From contig JARBTR010000004.1 in assembly GCA_029240105.1 (NCBI GenBank), forward strand, positions 219,190-283,189: a stretch of 64,000 nt of DNA, read 5' to 3'. Below are positions 10,455 through 20,551 of the stretch, piece after piece. Origin of the DNA: Bacillales bacterium (GTDB lineage: Bacteria; Bacillota; Bacilli; JARBTR01). Position numbers and translations under genes: made by a program. Position 1 is the stretch's first letter; every line of letters starts with the position of its first letter. Under the pieces are notes generated by a model that had not been told where the DNA came from, did not search any database, and was given only the letters and a program-made list of their open reading frames with translations.

Positions 10455-11006
10455 TTAATTTGTTTCTACTATTTCAATGGAATTTACAATACGCATCATA
10501 TTTCTAGCGTCTGCTGCCATATTCGAACGAGTTGTTTTAGTTGTCATTTTAAAACCACCAACTCCAACTGTAAGCTCTATTTTATCACCCATTTTTTCTG
10601 CTAACAAATACCCAAAACGATAACCATCTTTAAATGTTTCGTTTATTGTAAATCGAGCACCTGTATCTATCATATTTTGGTACAATTGCTTACTTGTCTT
10701 TTTTTCCAAACGATTTATATATATGAGGTAGCGTTGCGAGCCTTTAGATACAACAAAATTAGTAACTTCTTCTGTTTCAATTTTAAAACCCTGTGGTAAA
10801 AAGATCGAAATCCCTTGTATATTGTTATCTGATTTTAAAGGTTGATTTTTGAATGCTTTTTCCGCCTCTTCAATCGCATGCTTATTCTCATTAATAAACA
10901 TCGGGGTAAAAATTAATGCTGCTAAAACAAGAATTGTTGAAAAAATCCAAAACCAATTTCTTTTTGCTTTTTCAATCAACCATTCTTTTCGAAATTTAAA
11001 ATTCAT
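10455..11006 (-). CDS. hypothetical membrane-anchored protein
   Basis: 183 aa, single N-terminal TM helix (WFWIFSTILVLAALIF), no recognised domain. Confidence 0.45.
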   Translation of the reverse strand: MNFKFRKEWLIEKAKRNWFWIFSTILVLAALIFTPMFINENKHAIEEAEKAFKNQPLKSDNNIQGISIFLPQGFKIETEEVTNFVVSKGSQRYLIYINRLEKKTSKQLYQNMIDTGARFTINETFKDGYRFGYLLAEKMGDKIELTVGVGGFKMTTKTTRSNMAADARNMMRIVNSIEIVETN

Positions 11007-11069
11007 ATCTAATCACCTTAAGTATAATAACCATTTTGATTTGTACAACTTCCAAGTTAAATTCTACGA

Positions 11070-11102
11070 CAAAAAATACGCCTGAAACAAGAATCCAGGC
11101 GT
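11070..11102 (-). terminator. terminator after M42 peptidase gene
   Basis: minus strand: acgcctggattcttgtttcaggcgt + attttttg. Confidence 0.7.
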
Positions 11103-11116
11103 AATGTAATGAAATT

Positions 11117-12193
11117 TTAATATTCTTGAGATTTAATTAAATCTACAGTCGATTGATCACATCTTTTTACTAACTCAATTAGTAATTGTTTTGCAGCATC
11201 GTAATCATCTATGTGCATAATTGAAGTATGTGTGTGAATATAACGGGCACAGATTGCTATAACAGCACTTGGAACACCTTTATTGGAAAGGTGTACACTA
11301 CCTGCGTCCGTTCCACCCATAGACATAAAATATTGGAACGGAATTTTATAATCGGATGCTGTATCTAAAATAAACTCAACCATACTATTACTTGTAATCA
11401 TCGTCCGGTCCATAAAGCGAACTAAAGCGCCTTTTCCAAGCTGGCCAAACTCTGTTTTATTACCTGTTGCGTCATTTGCAGGACCACAATCCATTGCAAA
11501 GAAAATATCTGGTTTGATCATATTTGCAGCAACAGTCGCACCACGAAGTCCGGATTCTTCCTGAACTGTAGCACCTGAATACAATGTGTTTGGTAGTTTT
11601 TCGTCTTTTAATTCCTTTAAGAGTTCAATAGCCAATCCACAACCATAGCGGTTGTCCCAGGCTTTTGCCAATAACTTCTTTGAGTTAGCCATTTGTGTAA
11701 ATGGGCTGTATGGAACAATAGGAGTTCCCGGGCGTATGCCCAACTGCTCTACTTCTTCCCTTGATTCTGCACCTATATCTATCAGCATGTTTGCTATTTG
11801 CATTGGCTTAGAACGCATACTCTCATCAAGCAGGTGTGGAGGAATAGATCCAACAACACCCATAACAGGACCCTTTTTTGCTAACACCTGAACGCGCTGC
11901 GCTAACAGGACTTGTTCCCACCAACCACCTAGCGGATGGAATTTTAGACAACCATTGTCTGTAATCTTTGTAACAATAAATCCAACTTCATCCATATGAC
12001 CTGCAGCCATAACAATTGGACCTTTTCCATCGCCTTTTTTTATTCCAAAAATACCACCTAAATGGTCTTGAATGATTTCATCTGAATATTTAGTTAATTC
12101 CCCACGCATAAAGTCTCGTACTGGTTTTTCGAATCCTGGTGCTCCAGGAAGTTCAGTTAATGTTTTGAACATTTGAATTGTATCTTGATTCAT
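11117..12193 (-). CDS. M42-family glutamyl aminopeptidase/endoglucanase-like metallopeptidase (YtoP-like)
   Basis: 358 aa; HMDEVGF and M42 metal-binding pattern; synteny with B. subtilis ytoP-ytzB. Confidence 0.8.
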   Translation of the reverse strand: MNQDTIQMFKTLTELPGAPGFEKPVRDFMRGELTKYSDEIIQDHLGGIFGIKKGDGKGPIVMAAGHMDEVGFIVTKITDNGCLKFHPLGGWWEQVLLAQRVQVLAKKGPVMGVVGSIPPHLLDESMRSKPMQIANMLIDIGAESREEVEQLGIRPGTPIVPYSPFTQMANSKKLLAKAWDNRYGCGLAIELLKELKDEKLPNTLYSGATVQEESGLRGATVAANMIKPDIFFAMDCGPANDATGNKTEFGQLGKGALVRFMDRTMITSNSMVEFILDTASDYKIPFQYFMSMGGTDAGSVHLSNKGVPSAVIAICARYIHTHTSIMHIDDYDAAKQLLIELVKRCDQSTVDLIKSQEY

Positions 12194-12381
12194 GTTGGTT
12201 TCCCTTCTATTTATATTTCGTTTCCCTAACTAATTTTATAGTGAATACTAATAAAGTTGCAAGTAGTATACACATACTGGTATTTCTTTACGTGAATTTT
12301 ATAAAATTAAAGTATAATGTGTATGCGAGAATACATTTATTAATTTTAATTTGTCTAACATAGAAACCATGGGGGATTTTA

Positions 12382-12696
12382 ATGAACTGGAAAACGATGG
12401 CTTCAATAGTCGCAGGGTTTGCTGTAGGTTACACTGCATCTTCGATTATCAATGGCGGCACACTTTCTGACCCAGAAAAAGTTTTGGCATCCATTAAGAA
12501 AAAATTTAGAGAGCTTGGACATGTTAGTGGAACGTGGATTTTAATGACTCCAGAAAAATTCCGAAACCAGATTCTTGAATTTGATGTATATCAAGGAGGA
12601 ATTACGGTTGAAATAGATGCAGAAGAAAGAAGATTTGAGTTTATTGCAGATGCAAAAACGGGTGCTATTTTAACAGTAAATGAAAAGGTATCATAA
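12382..12696 (+). CDS. small PepSY-like protein (YtzB-like)
   Basis: 104 aa with N-terminal TM segment, SD gggggatttt 6 nt upstream; position matches ytzB. Confidence 0.5.
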   Translation: MNWKTMASIVAGFAVGYTASSIINGGTLSDPEKVLASIKKKFRELGHVSGTWILMTPEKFRNQILEFDVYQGGITVEIDAEERRFEFIADAKTGAILTVNEKVS

Positions 12697-13036
12697 TTGG
12701 GGATTTAATATGAAAAAAATGATTGTTTGTGACCATTGTAGGCGGGAAATTACCTTTAGAGGGGATTTATCTGTTGTTCTAGTTTCACCAACTATTCATC
12801 CTTATCATGATGAATGCTTTTCAAAAGAAAATAAAGGTTTTTCTGGTATTTTTCTTAGCGATACAGTAATTAATGGTTTTGGATTTAGCTTTATGGCTAT
12901 CGTTAGTTTTATCCTTTCAATTACACTCTTTATTACAAGTGAACAAAATCAAAAATGGCTGGCACTTTTTCTTTTAATTGTACCAATCTACCGTTTAGTT
13001 TCTTATCTTTTATTTGAACGCCACCTAGAAAAATAG
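12680..13036 (+). CDS. hypothetical zinc-ribbon membrane protein (probable true start at MKKMIVCDHC, ~12710)
   Basis: CxxC...HxxxC N-terminus then two TM helices; ends at bidirectional terminator 13036..13068. Confidence 0.4.
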   Translation: MKRYHNWGFNMKKMIVCDHCRREITFRGDLSVVLVSPTIHPYHDECFSKENKGFSGIFLSDTVINGFGFSFMAIVSFILSITLFITSEQNQKWLALFLLIVPIYRLVSYLLFERHLEK

Positions 13037-13068
13037 CAACGAGAGGATATCTTCTCGTTGCTTTTTTT
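13036..13068. terminator. bidirectional terminator shared by 12680..13036 (+) and trmB (-)
   Basis: gcaacgagaggatatcttctcgttgc + ttttttt. Confidence 0.75.
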
Positions 13069-13705
13069 ATTTAAAAGCCACTTCACAGCGGTAAATCGGA
13101 TTTCCTTTAGCTGAGAACTTTGCTTCATATTCTGTCATGATGTTTCCTTCATAATCACTGTTATGCAAATCCAATGATACAAATTTAAAATCCATTCCAT
13201 ATTGATTAAAGCTCACTAGTGAAAATTCAAACAAACCGCGATTATCCGTTTTAAAATGAATTTCCCCATTTTTAGGCAAGATGGATTTGTACAAATCTAA
13301 AAAGCTTTTGTAGGTTAATCTACGCTTTTCGTGTCTTGTTTTCGGCCACGGATCGGAGAAATTCAAATAAACCAATGCTACTTCACCTTCAGTAAAGATA
13401 TTTGGAAGATTTTCTGCATCGACCAACATTAATTTAATATTTGAAATTTCATTTTGAATTACCTTTTCAAGTGCGTTTACCAAAACATTCTTTGAAACTT
13501 CAATCGCAATATAATTAATTTGTGGATTCTTCATTGCCATTCCGGTTATAAATTGACCTTTACCAGTCCCAACTTCTATATGAATGGGGTTGTTATTTCC
13601 AAACAACGCGTGCCATTTCCCTTTTTGTTCCTCCGGTTTTAAGACCATATACTGTGGATATTGTTCCATCATTTCATGTGCCCAAGGTTTATTTCTCTGT
13701 CTCAT
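13067..13705 (-). CDS. trmB: tRNA (guanine46-N7)-methyltransferase
   Basis: 212 aa; characteristic TrmB pattern ([10 protein letters not shown].., ..FSDPWPK..HEKRRL). Confidence 0.9.
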   Translation of the reverse strand: MRQRNKPWAHEMMEQYPQYMVLKPEEQKGKWHALFGNNNPIHIEVGTGKGQFITGMAMKNPQINYIAIEVSKNVLVNALEKVIQNEISNIKLMLVDAENLPNIFTEGEVALVYLNFSDPWPKTRHEKRRLTYKSFLDLYKSILPKNGEIHFKTDNRGLFEFSLVSFNQYGMDFKFVSLDLHNSDYEGNIMTEYEAKFSAKGNPIYRCEVAFK

Positions 13706-13882
13706 AAATTACTCCTAATTTCACTTTTCATTGGTTATAGTTTCACTTTTTTAATGATTCTGTAGACTTTAAAAATTTGTTAGTAAAACCATTATTATGC
13801 ATAAAAACAAGGTTCCCCTCAAAACCTAATGAATGATTTCTAATCCATAAATGGTACATTCATTCGGTAAAAGGAGAACAAA

Positions 13883-14164
13883 ATGACTATCTCTAAAGAA
13901 AATCACATTACTTTATTAAAAGATATACTCTCTACTCATTGCCAAGACTGCAGTGGGTCTTCCTCTCAATATGCTCAAGCTTCTAGAATTGTCGACAATT
14001 TGCTTGTTGAATTTGGTCAAGAAGAGGATATAAAAAAAGTTTTATCTGAAATTCAAAATTATTGTAAACAAGGAACTCAACTTTCCTATCATACTGACCA
14101 TATAAACGAAAATCAAACTGCCATATCCAAATGGGTTGAACATTTACATTCTATGAATTCATAG
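13883..14164 (+). CDS. small hypothetical protein (YtzH-like)
   Basis: 93 aa, SD aaaaggag 8 nt upstream; position next to trmB as ytzH in B. subtilis. Confidence 0.45.
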   Translation: MTISKENHITLLKDILSTHCQDCSGSSSQYAQASRIVDNLLVEFGQEEDIKKVLSEIQNYCKQGTQLSYHTDHINENQTAISKWVEHLHSMNS

Positions 14165-14182
14165 TGCAGTTTTTATTTCATA

Positions 14183-15124
14183 TTACAAATCACAGATTAC
14201 ATTCAGCTGTTTTGGTAAAATTCGCAATTGAAGTTTCCCTGCACCCACAATTTCACCATCAGCATGAATGACTTTATTCACATCTGATTCAATTTGAATT
14301 TTTTGACCAGTTACGTAATCACAGTTTTTTAAGCGGATATGTCCTGCCCAGATAATGGAGAAGAACATGAAAAAAATGCTTAAACGACTGTAAGAGTGGA
14401 CGATTAGAACATGAAAAACACCATTGTCCATTCTAGCATTAGGTGATATTGGTATCCCCCCGCCAAAATACTTTTGATTTGCTATATTAACAATCCAAAC
14501 TTTTTTATAGTCTTTTGTAATTCCATCAATTGTAACTTTCATATTTGGGAATTTATATGTCGCGATTGATTTAAAAAAAGTATAAAGGTAAGCAAGCTTA
14601 CCTAATTTTACTTTGTTAAAAAATGCTTTCAATGGCGAGTCGTTCACTTCAGCAGTGACATCTGCATCAATTCCCATCCCCATTGAACTCAAAAAATACC
14701 CTTTGTGATCCGTCTCATATTCCCCAATGTCAATCTTTTTAACAGGCCGATTTTTATTACGTATAAATCGAATAGCTTCAATAGGATTCATGGGAATTTG
14801 AGCGCCGCGACAGAAGTCATTTCCAGAGCCAGCACCAATGTAACTAAATGTTGCATTTGGATATTCTGCTACACCATTAGCAACTTCATGTGCTGTTCCA
14901 TCTCCGCCAATTGCAATGATACATGCAGAATCGTGTTTATCTAAAATTTCCTTTGCTAATACCGATGCGTGCATTGGGTAATCTGTTAGATAAAAATCAT
15001 AATCCGCCTTTTCTTCATCCAAAATTACTTTCACTCGGTTCCAAACAGCTAAACTCTGAGCATTTTGTGCCTTTGGATTGACAATAAAGTACATCTTTTC
15101 TGTCATCATAAATCCCCAAATCAT
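14183..15124 (-). CDS. YegS/BmrU-family lipid (diacylglycerol-type) kinase (YtlR-like)
   Basis: DAGK catalytic motif ACIIAIGGDGTAHEVANG; true start may be the internal MTEKMYFIVNP. Confidence 0.75.
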   Translation of the reverse strand: MIWGFMMTEKMYFIVNPKAQNAQSLAVWNRVKVILDEEKADYDFYLTDYPMHASVLAKEILDKHDSACIIAIGGDGTAHEVANGVAEYPNATFSYIGAGSGNDFCRGAQIPMNPIEAIRFIRNKNRPVKKIDIGEYETDHKGYFLSSMGMGIDADVTAEVNDSPLKAFFNKVKLGKLAYLYTFFKSIATYKFPNMKVTIDGITKDYKKVWIVNIANQKYFGGGIPISPNARMDNGVFHVLIVHSYSRLSIFFMFFSIIWAGHIRLKNCDYVTGQKIQIESDVNKVIHADGEIVGAGKLQLRILPKQLNVICDL

Positions 15125-15452
15125 GGTTTTAGTTACATTTCTTTATACACTTTTGTCTTTATGTTTTTGCCCTATATTACGTTAGTTTCACTTACCATAA
15201 CACCATTATGCTTTCGCTCAACTGCCTTATCTAGGACAAAAACATTTTGACAAAAGTCTTCGAGTTTCTCCGATAACCATTTTTTCGAGTACAAGGCGGA
15301 AGATTGAGGCATATCGAACATATGCCGATTGATGACAACACAGTAAACGAATAAATGGTTTCGGAAATACTGTGTAAAGGAATGTAACTAAAACCATCCA
15401 TTTCCACTATTTTATCAAACACACAAACTATCTGTATATAAAAAAAGGAAGG

Positions 15453-15612
15453 GACAAATTCTCAATATGAGGTCATCCACAAGCTTTCTTCAGGTGAATT
15501 TTCGAGCCTATACTCGTGAAAATACCATTCTCACGATGCAAGGTCTCCCAAATTCTCTTTCGAGTAGAGTAGTGGATGAATTTTTGAGATTTGTCCCATC
15601 ACTTTTTATTAA
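15453..15612. other. ~150-nt multi-hairpin element closed by 14-bp stem and T-runs on both strands (complex terminator or sRNA candidate)
   Basis: gggacaaattctcaa ...110 nt with nested stems (catccac/gtggatg; tcgtga/tcacga)... ttgagatttgtccc followed by atcacttttt (+) and by ttccttttttt on the minus strand. Confidence 0.4.
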
Positions 15613-15621
15613 AAAACTCTT

Positions 15622-17022
15622 TTATTTCGTTAACTCATATATACTTTGCGCATAAATAGCCGTCATTTTAATTAATTCGTCAATGCCGATATATTCATTT
15701 TTTTGGTGAACGACATCTTCCTGCCCCGGAAATAACGGACCAAATGCAACGCCCTGCTTAAGTGATCGAGCGTATGTCGCGCCACCCATTGAATGAAGAG
15801 TTGCTTCCATCCCTGTTTGCTCAGAGTAAACCTTTTGCAAAGTTCTTACTAAATCACTATCAGCGCTTACATGATGAGGTGTCATATGATTTTTTTCAAA
15901 AACTTTAAATTTAAACGCTTTAGCATAATCATGAATCCTTTGCCATCCGTCAACCATATCAAAAGTCACTGGATACCGTAGATTTAAAGCTATGCTGCAT
16001 TTCCCTTCATCTTCAAATTGAAAAATTCCGTAATTAATGGTTAATTCTTTTGTAATTTCATCGCTATAAGCGATACCAAAACGATTTCCATCCTCGTTAG
16101 CAGCAATGTATTCTTTAATAAAACGAAAATATGGATGACGTGTATAATTCGCCAAAAATACTGCAAGCTTTAGCCCAGCATTTTTTCCTAGATGTGGGAG
16201 CGAACCATGTGCAGAAACACCATACACTTCAAAAGTTATTGTATTTCCTTCTACTTTTACATCAAAATCGTACATTGCACTCACACAGAAGGCTTCAAAA
16301 ACGATTTTAGTTTGCTCTACTAGATTAGGATTGATTTCCACCACTGCTTTTGCATACTCAGGAACCATATTAAAGCGCTCGCCAGAATGGAAAGACAAGA
16401 TTTTAAAATCTTGATCTTGAGTATTTTTCCCCTCATAGTTTAAGGAAAAATCACGCAAACCCTTTTCTGCGTTAATAATTGGGAAATCGGCATCTGGAGA
16501 AAACCCTATAGAAGGCATTTCTTCCTTAGCAAAATAATGCTCTACGCAGCGCCAAAGATTTTCTTCGTCACAACCAAGTATAATGCGAATACGTTTGTTC
16601 AGTTCTAAACCTAGCTCTTTTATAATCTTCAAACCATAATAAGCAGCCATGATAGGGCCTTTGTCATCAATCGCACCTCGTGCATAAATTCGATTGTCTC
16701 GAATTTCTGCACCAAACGGATCAGAATTCCATCCACTTCCTTCAGGTACTACATCCACATGCCCTAATACACCTAGTAGCTCTTTACCTTGGCCATATTC
16801 AATATGACCGGCATAACCCTCTGTGTTTTTCACAGAGAATCCGTCCTTTTCGGCTTTTTCTAAAATAAATTCTAGCGCTTGGCGAATATTTTGCCCAAAA
16901 GGTGCACCATCACATGCTGTTGTCTCATCAAGAGTACTTTTTATTTGTAAAAAACTTTGCAAGTCCGAAATCAGACTCTCTCTTCTATTTTCTACTTCAT
17001 CTAACCAATTAATCGTTGTCAT
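15622..17022 (-). CDS. M20-family dipeptidase (PepV/YtjP-like)
   Basis: HVDVVPEG.., ..GAIDDKGP.. M20A motifs; ORF track start 33 codons upstream lacks SD, internal ATG (MTTINWLDEV) has ggagaa SD. Confidence 0.8.
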   Translation of the reverse strand: MTTINWLDEVENRRESLISDLQSFLQIKSTLDETTACDGAPFGQNIRQALEFILEKAEKDGFSVKNTEGYAGHIEYGQGKELLGVLGHVDVVPEGSGWNSDPFGAEIRDNRIYARGAIDDKGPIMAAYYGLKIIKELGLELNKRIRIILGCDEENLWRCVEHYFAKEEMPSIGFSPDADFPIINAEKGLRDFSLNYEGKNTQDQDFKILSFHSGERFNMVPEYAKAVVEINPNLVEQTKIVFEAFCVSAMYDFDVKVEGNTITFEVYGVSAHGSLPHLGKNAGLKLAVFLANYTRHPYFRFIKEYIAANEDGNRFGIAYSDEITKELTINYGIFQFEDEGKCSIALNLRYPVTFDMVDGWQRIHDYAKAFKFKVFEKNHMTPHHVSADSDLVRTLQKVYSEQTGMEATLHSMGGATYARSLKQGVAFGPLFPGQEDVVHQKNEYIGIDELIKMTAIYAQSIYELTK

Positions 17023-17181
17023 CACTTTCGATTCTCCGATCCTAAGACAATGAGAATCGATCCCATGGCCTTTTCTACTTTCTTTTTTGATATTCAAGTT
17101 AACCGACATTCTCAAATCCAAAACCTATGAGTTAAACCCGAATAAACTTACAAATTAAACAATCCTATTATAGCGAAAATC

Positions 17182-17889
17182 TTAGTTTTGTATCAAATTT
17201 AATTCACTGTCAGTTAGTTCTCGATACTCACCTAATTGAAGTGAATCATCAAGCTTTAACTTACCCATTGAAAGTCTCTTCAAAAACAGCACTTTTTTAT
17301 CAACTGCTTCAAACATCCTTTTTACCTGATGAAACTTTCCTTCGGTTATTGTCAACTCTATCTCTGAAACTACTCCACTTTTCAGAATAACTAAATCGGC
17401 TGGTTTCGTTTCATAGTCATCTTCAAGAATGACACCATTTTTGAATTTTTCAATGTCTTCTTCTGTTACCTCTCCATCAATTCGTGCAAAATAGGTCTTT
17501 GGAACATGTTTTTTTGGAGATAGTAGTTGGTGAGCTAGTTGACCATCATTTGTCAAAAGCAAAAACCCTTCTGTGTCTCTATCAAGTCTCCCTGCTGGGA
17601 ATAAGCCTTTTGCAATATCTTCGGGTGCAAGTAAATCCAAGACCGTTTTTAAATACTGGTCTTCTGTAGCTGAAATGTAACCTTGGGGTTTGTTCATCAT
17701 GATGTACACAAATTCTTTGTATACCAAACTTTCTCCTGCAACTATTACATTACTTTTTTCTGGATCTACATGAATGCTCCCATCTTTATACATCTTTCCA
17801 TCAACATAAACCAAACCAGACTTTAGCAGTTTTTTTACTTCTGTTCTGGTTCCAAATCCACTATTTGCTAAAAGCTTATCTAATCTCAT
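17182..17889 (-). CDS. pseudouridine synthase, RsuA/RluB family with S4 domain
   Basis: MRLDKLLANSGFGTR (S4 domain) then ..GRLDRDTEGFLLLTNDG.. catalytic Asp motif; start chosen at ATG with aaaggtga SD rather than the longer track ORF. Confidence 0.75.
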   Translation of the reverse strand: MRLDKLLANSGFGTRTEVKKLLKSGLVYVDGKMYKDGSIHVDPEKSNVIVAGESLVYKEFVYIMMNKPQGYISATEDQYLKTVLDLLAPEDIAKGLFPAGRLDRDTEGFLLLTNDGQLAHQLLSPKKHVPKTYFARIDGEVTEEDIEKFKNGVILEDDYETKPADLVILKSGVVSEIELTITEGKFHQVKRMFEAVDKKVLFLKRLSMGKLKLDDSLQLGEYRELTDSELNLIQN

Positions 17890-18037
17890 TTTTTCACCTT
17901 TTATAAAAAATTCACAAGATTGAACATACCTGAATATGATGCTATGTATATTTGGGGCAGTTGCCCTTAATTTTTTCAAATCATTTTTAAAAATTCAACA
18001 AGAACATTCTTGTTACAGTTTTAGGAGCGTGAATACA

Positions 18038-18301
18038 ATGAACGAATATGAATATTATTATCGCCCACAACCTGGCTATCCTCAGCAACAACAATTTCAA
18101 TACCAAGACCCATCACTAGCAATCCCTGTTCAACAATTTCCTGGCCTTGGTCAAGGATTAGGCGGAGGATTAGGCGGAGGGTTTGGCGCAGGTCGAATTG
18201 AGCGTCTAGAACGTGAAGTTAACTTCTTACAACGTCAAACTCGAAATTTAGAAAGAAGAGTTGACCGCTTAGAACGTCGTTTGGGATTTGGCCAATTCTA
18301 G
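18038..18301 (+). CDS. small Q/P/G-rich protein with C-terminal coiled coil (spore-coat-like composition)
   Basis: MNEYEYYYRPQPGYPQQQQFQYQ...GLGGGLGGGFGAG RIERLEREVNFLQRQTRNLERRVDRLERRL; SD ttaggagcg; real start inside the longer track ORF 17936..18301. Confidence 0.5.
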   Translation: MNEYEYYYRPQPGYPQQQQFQYQDPSLAIPVQQFPGLGQGLGGGLGGGFGAGRIERLEREVNFLQRQTRNLERRVDRLERRLGFGQF

Positions 18302-18313
18302 CCACCTATTCAT

Positions 18314-18351
18314 AAAACGAGGCGTCTTATTTGAGACACCTCGTTTTTTTA
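18314..18351. terminator. bidirectional terminator between small protein gene (+) and ytgP-like gene (-)
   Basis: aaaacgaggcgtcttatttgagacacctcgttttttt. Confidence 0.75.
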
Positions 18352-19983
18352 TTAGTTATTAACAATTTGCTTTCTTTTTAACTTTAACTTTCTCATGATC
18401 GTATCCAATTTAGGACCAAAGGCAACCTGAAGTAGAGAAGTATAGAATGATAAAACAAAATAAATGACCGCACCTACTGGTATTACGAAAGCCAAAACAA
18501 TGGCTGCACCACTAGTGGTTCTTTCTGCAAAGAATTCAATTAGTACTCGTTTTTCAAAATATAGAACAGCTAACATAATAGCTGAGAAAATAAGCATTAA
18601 TAGGACTCTTTTAAAAATTTTACGAAAAGAATAATTTGAATGTTTTTGAATCATATATAGATTTAATAGGGCAACTGTAAAATATCCTGCACCTGATGAA
18701 GAAATGGCACCAACAGCTCCAAAAATATGTATAAACGGGATTGCTAAAACTGCTTTAACTAGTATTCCTATTAACAAACTTTTTACAGTGAAACTATTTT
18801 TGTTCATACCTATAAGGACAGAGCCACTTACACCTACTATTCCATAAAGAATAATGATAGGGGCATATATCCTTAAAGCATCAGCTCCAAATTTATGATA
18901 TCCATAAAACAATGTATAAAACTCTGATGAAAAGAAGGCCATACCTATTGTTGCCGGTATCAAAATCAACAATAAGATTGTAAAAGTATCATCTAAAATT
19001 TTTCTAAATGCTTTAAAATTTTTCTGTGAAATAGTGGCTGATACATTTGGAATAATAGAAATTTGAAATGATACCGCCAATGTAAGAGGTATTAAAACTA
19101 ATTGCTGAGTCTGGATGTTAATAATTGATAGAAAATTATCCGCTTCCTTCAATTGACCGATTGCAGACATACCTCTATAAAAAGTCCAGTTATCAATTAG
19201 CTGAAACACTGGCAATGCAATAGAAAGAAATACAAATGGAATTGCAGATTTAATGATTTCTTTAAACATTTCCGTATTGGAAAGAAGAACTGGGCGATTG
19301 TTATTTAATAAAAGTTCATCAAATTTGGGTTTGTTTTTTCGCCAATAATAAAAAAGGACAAGCATTCCTGCTATGGCTCCAACCAATGCTCCTAATGTTG
19401 CTAATTGACTAGCTAGAATTGTTTTTTCATTTAATACCTTCATGGCATAAAAAACACCTGCAAGTAAGAACAGAACACGTGCTATTTGCTCGATTACCTG
19501 AGAGACAGATGTTGGAACCATATCACCATGCCCTTGAAAATATCCTCTAAAAAAACTCAAGGAAGGTACAACGATTAATGCAAAACTTACAGCTCGAATC
19601 ACACTTGCTACTGCCTCATTCGAAAAATCAGGATCATTAAATGATTTAGCAAGTAAAGGGGCAATTGCAAACAGAACTGCAAAAGCCATTATTCCAGTCA
19701 CAATAGTGACGAGCTGAACCGTTTTAAACATTTTTCTACTTGTCGCATATTCGCCCATGGCATTATATTTAGCAGTGAATTTTGACACTGCAGAAGGCAG
19801 TCCACCTGTTGCAATACTAATGAATAATGTATATGGCACATACGCATAGGCGTATAAATCAAGTCCGCCTGCCTCACTCATCATTCTTGAAAAAGGAACT
19901 GTATATAGCAAACCAATAACTTTCGAAAGCATTGCTCCTGCAGTTAAAATAAATGTTCCTTTTACTAATTTTGAACCATTCAT
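18352..19983 (-). CDS. MOP/Wzx-type polysaccharide/lipid-II flippase family protein (YtgP-like)
   Basis: 543 aa, ~14 predicted TM helices, polysaccharide biosynthesis protein family pattern. Confidence 0.8.
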   Translation of the reverse strand: MNGSKLVKGTFILTAGAMLSKVIGLLYTVPFSRMMSEAGGLDLYAYAYVPYTLFISIATGGLPSAVSKFTAKYNAMGEYATSRKMFKTVQLVTIVTGIMAFAVLFAIAPLLAKSFNDPDFSNEAVASVIRAVSFALIVVPSLSFFRGYFQGHGDMVPTSVSQVIEQIARVLFLLAGVFYAMKVLNEKTILASQLATLGALVGAIAGMLVLFYYWRKNKPKFDELLLNNNRPVLLSNTEMFKEIIKSAIPFVFLSIALPVFQLIDNWTFYRGMSAIGQLKEADNFLSIINIQTQQLVLIPLTLAVSFQISIIPNVSATISQKNFKAFRKILDDTFTILLLILIPATIGMAFFSSEFYTLFYGYHKFGADALRIYAPIIILYGIVGVSGSVLIGMNKNSFTVKSLLIGILVKAVLAIPFIHIFGAVGAISSSGAGYFTVALLNLYMIQKHSNYSFRKIFKRVLLMLIFSAIMLAVLYFEKRVLIEFFAERTTSGAAIVLAFVIPVGAVIYFVLSFYTSLLQVAFGPKLDTIMRKLKLKRKQIVNN

Positions 19984-20089
19984 GAAAAATCCTCATTTAA
20001 CAAGCTATTATTATAAATTCTTTTTATATTCATGAAGATTTTACTCTTTTGTCAAAATGATTACAATCAACAATTCATTAGTGGAACCT

Positions 20090-20275
20090 TTATTTACGGT
20101 AAAGAATCATTGCACTGTAGCAATATATTTGTTCATCCTCCATTGGCTCAGTTATTGCTGCGATAGAGAATTTAATGTCCACAATTTTTTGGTCTGGAAT
20201 TACTTCCAAGAAAAGATTTATACGATCCTCTAAATCCTTCTCATGCTCCTCATCAAACAACTTTACCTGTAACAA
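20090..20275 (-). CDS. cse60: sporulation protein Cse60-like (TTG start)
   Basis: 61 aa (M)LQVKLFDEEHEKDLEDRINLFLE... matches my recollection of the Cse60 family N-terminus; location after ytgP consistent with B. subtilis yteV. Confidence 0.5.
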   Translation of the reverse strand: MLQVKLFDEEHEKDLEDRINLFLEVIPDQKIVDIKFSIAAITEPMEDEQIYCYSAMILYRK

Positions 20276-20299
20276 AAAACAACACTCCCCTCACAAAGG

Positions 20300-20535
20300 T
20301 GCTCGACAGACCGTTCAGCTCCGAAGGAACTGGAGCGAATAAGCGAAGAGCCGTAAGTTGTTCCTGAGCTGAAGCTCAGACAACTCTGGCATACCTTATC
20401 GTTGCCGAGACAAGCTCGGACGCTAAGGGAAGTAGGCTTTGAGCCTGCGAAAAACCTTCAACTTATTCGGGAAGTTCTCGAGGAGTTGGTCTTTCGAGCC
20501 CGATTCTAAAAGAAGTGTTGCCTTCAATGAATTTT
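20300..20535. other. GC-rich (~50% vs ~33% flanks) densely hairpinned intergenic element, unknown identity
   Basis: Many short perfect hairpins (ccgagcttgtctcgg; tgagcttcagctca; aggctcaaagcct; gctccgaaggaactggagc) enclosed by long-range complementarity ggctcgaaagacc / ggtctgtcgagc. Confidence 0.4.
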
Positions 20536-20551
20536 TATAAACAATTAAGAA

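Noticed and set aside
15231-15422. 63-aa minus-strand ORF (GTG start) and 62-aa plus ORF 15467..15655 in the ytlR/pepV spacer
   Set aside because: There is no SD. The GTG start was chosen only because it is the longest, and the plus ORF coincides with the structured hairpin element. They are treated as non-coding.
20276-20551. Group II intron domain V (GAGCCGTAAG...) or tmRNA/RNase P fragment in the GC-rich element
   Set aside because: Only a 10-nt chance resemblance to domain V was found. There is no GNRA-capped 34-nt hairpin with AGC triad, no intron ORF, and no match to the remembered tmRNA/RNase P sequences.
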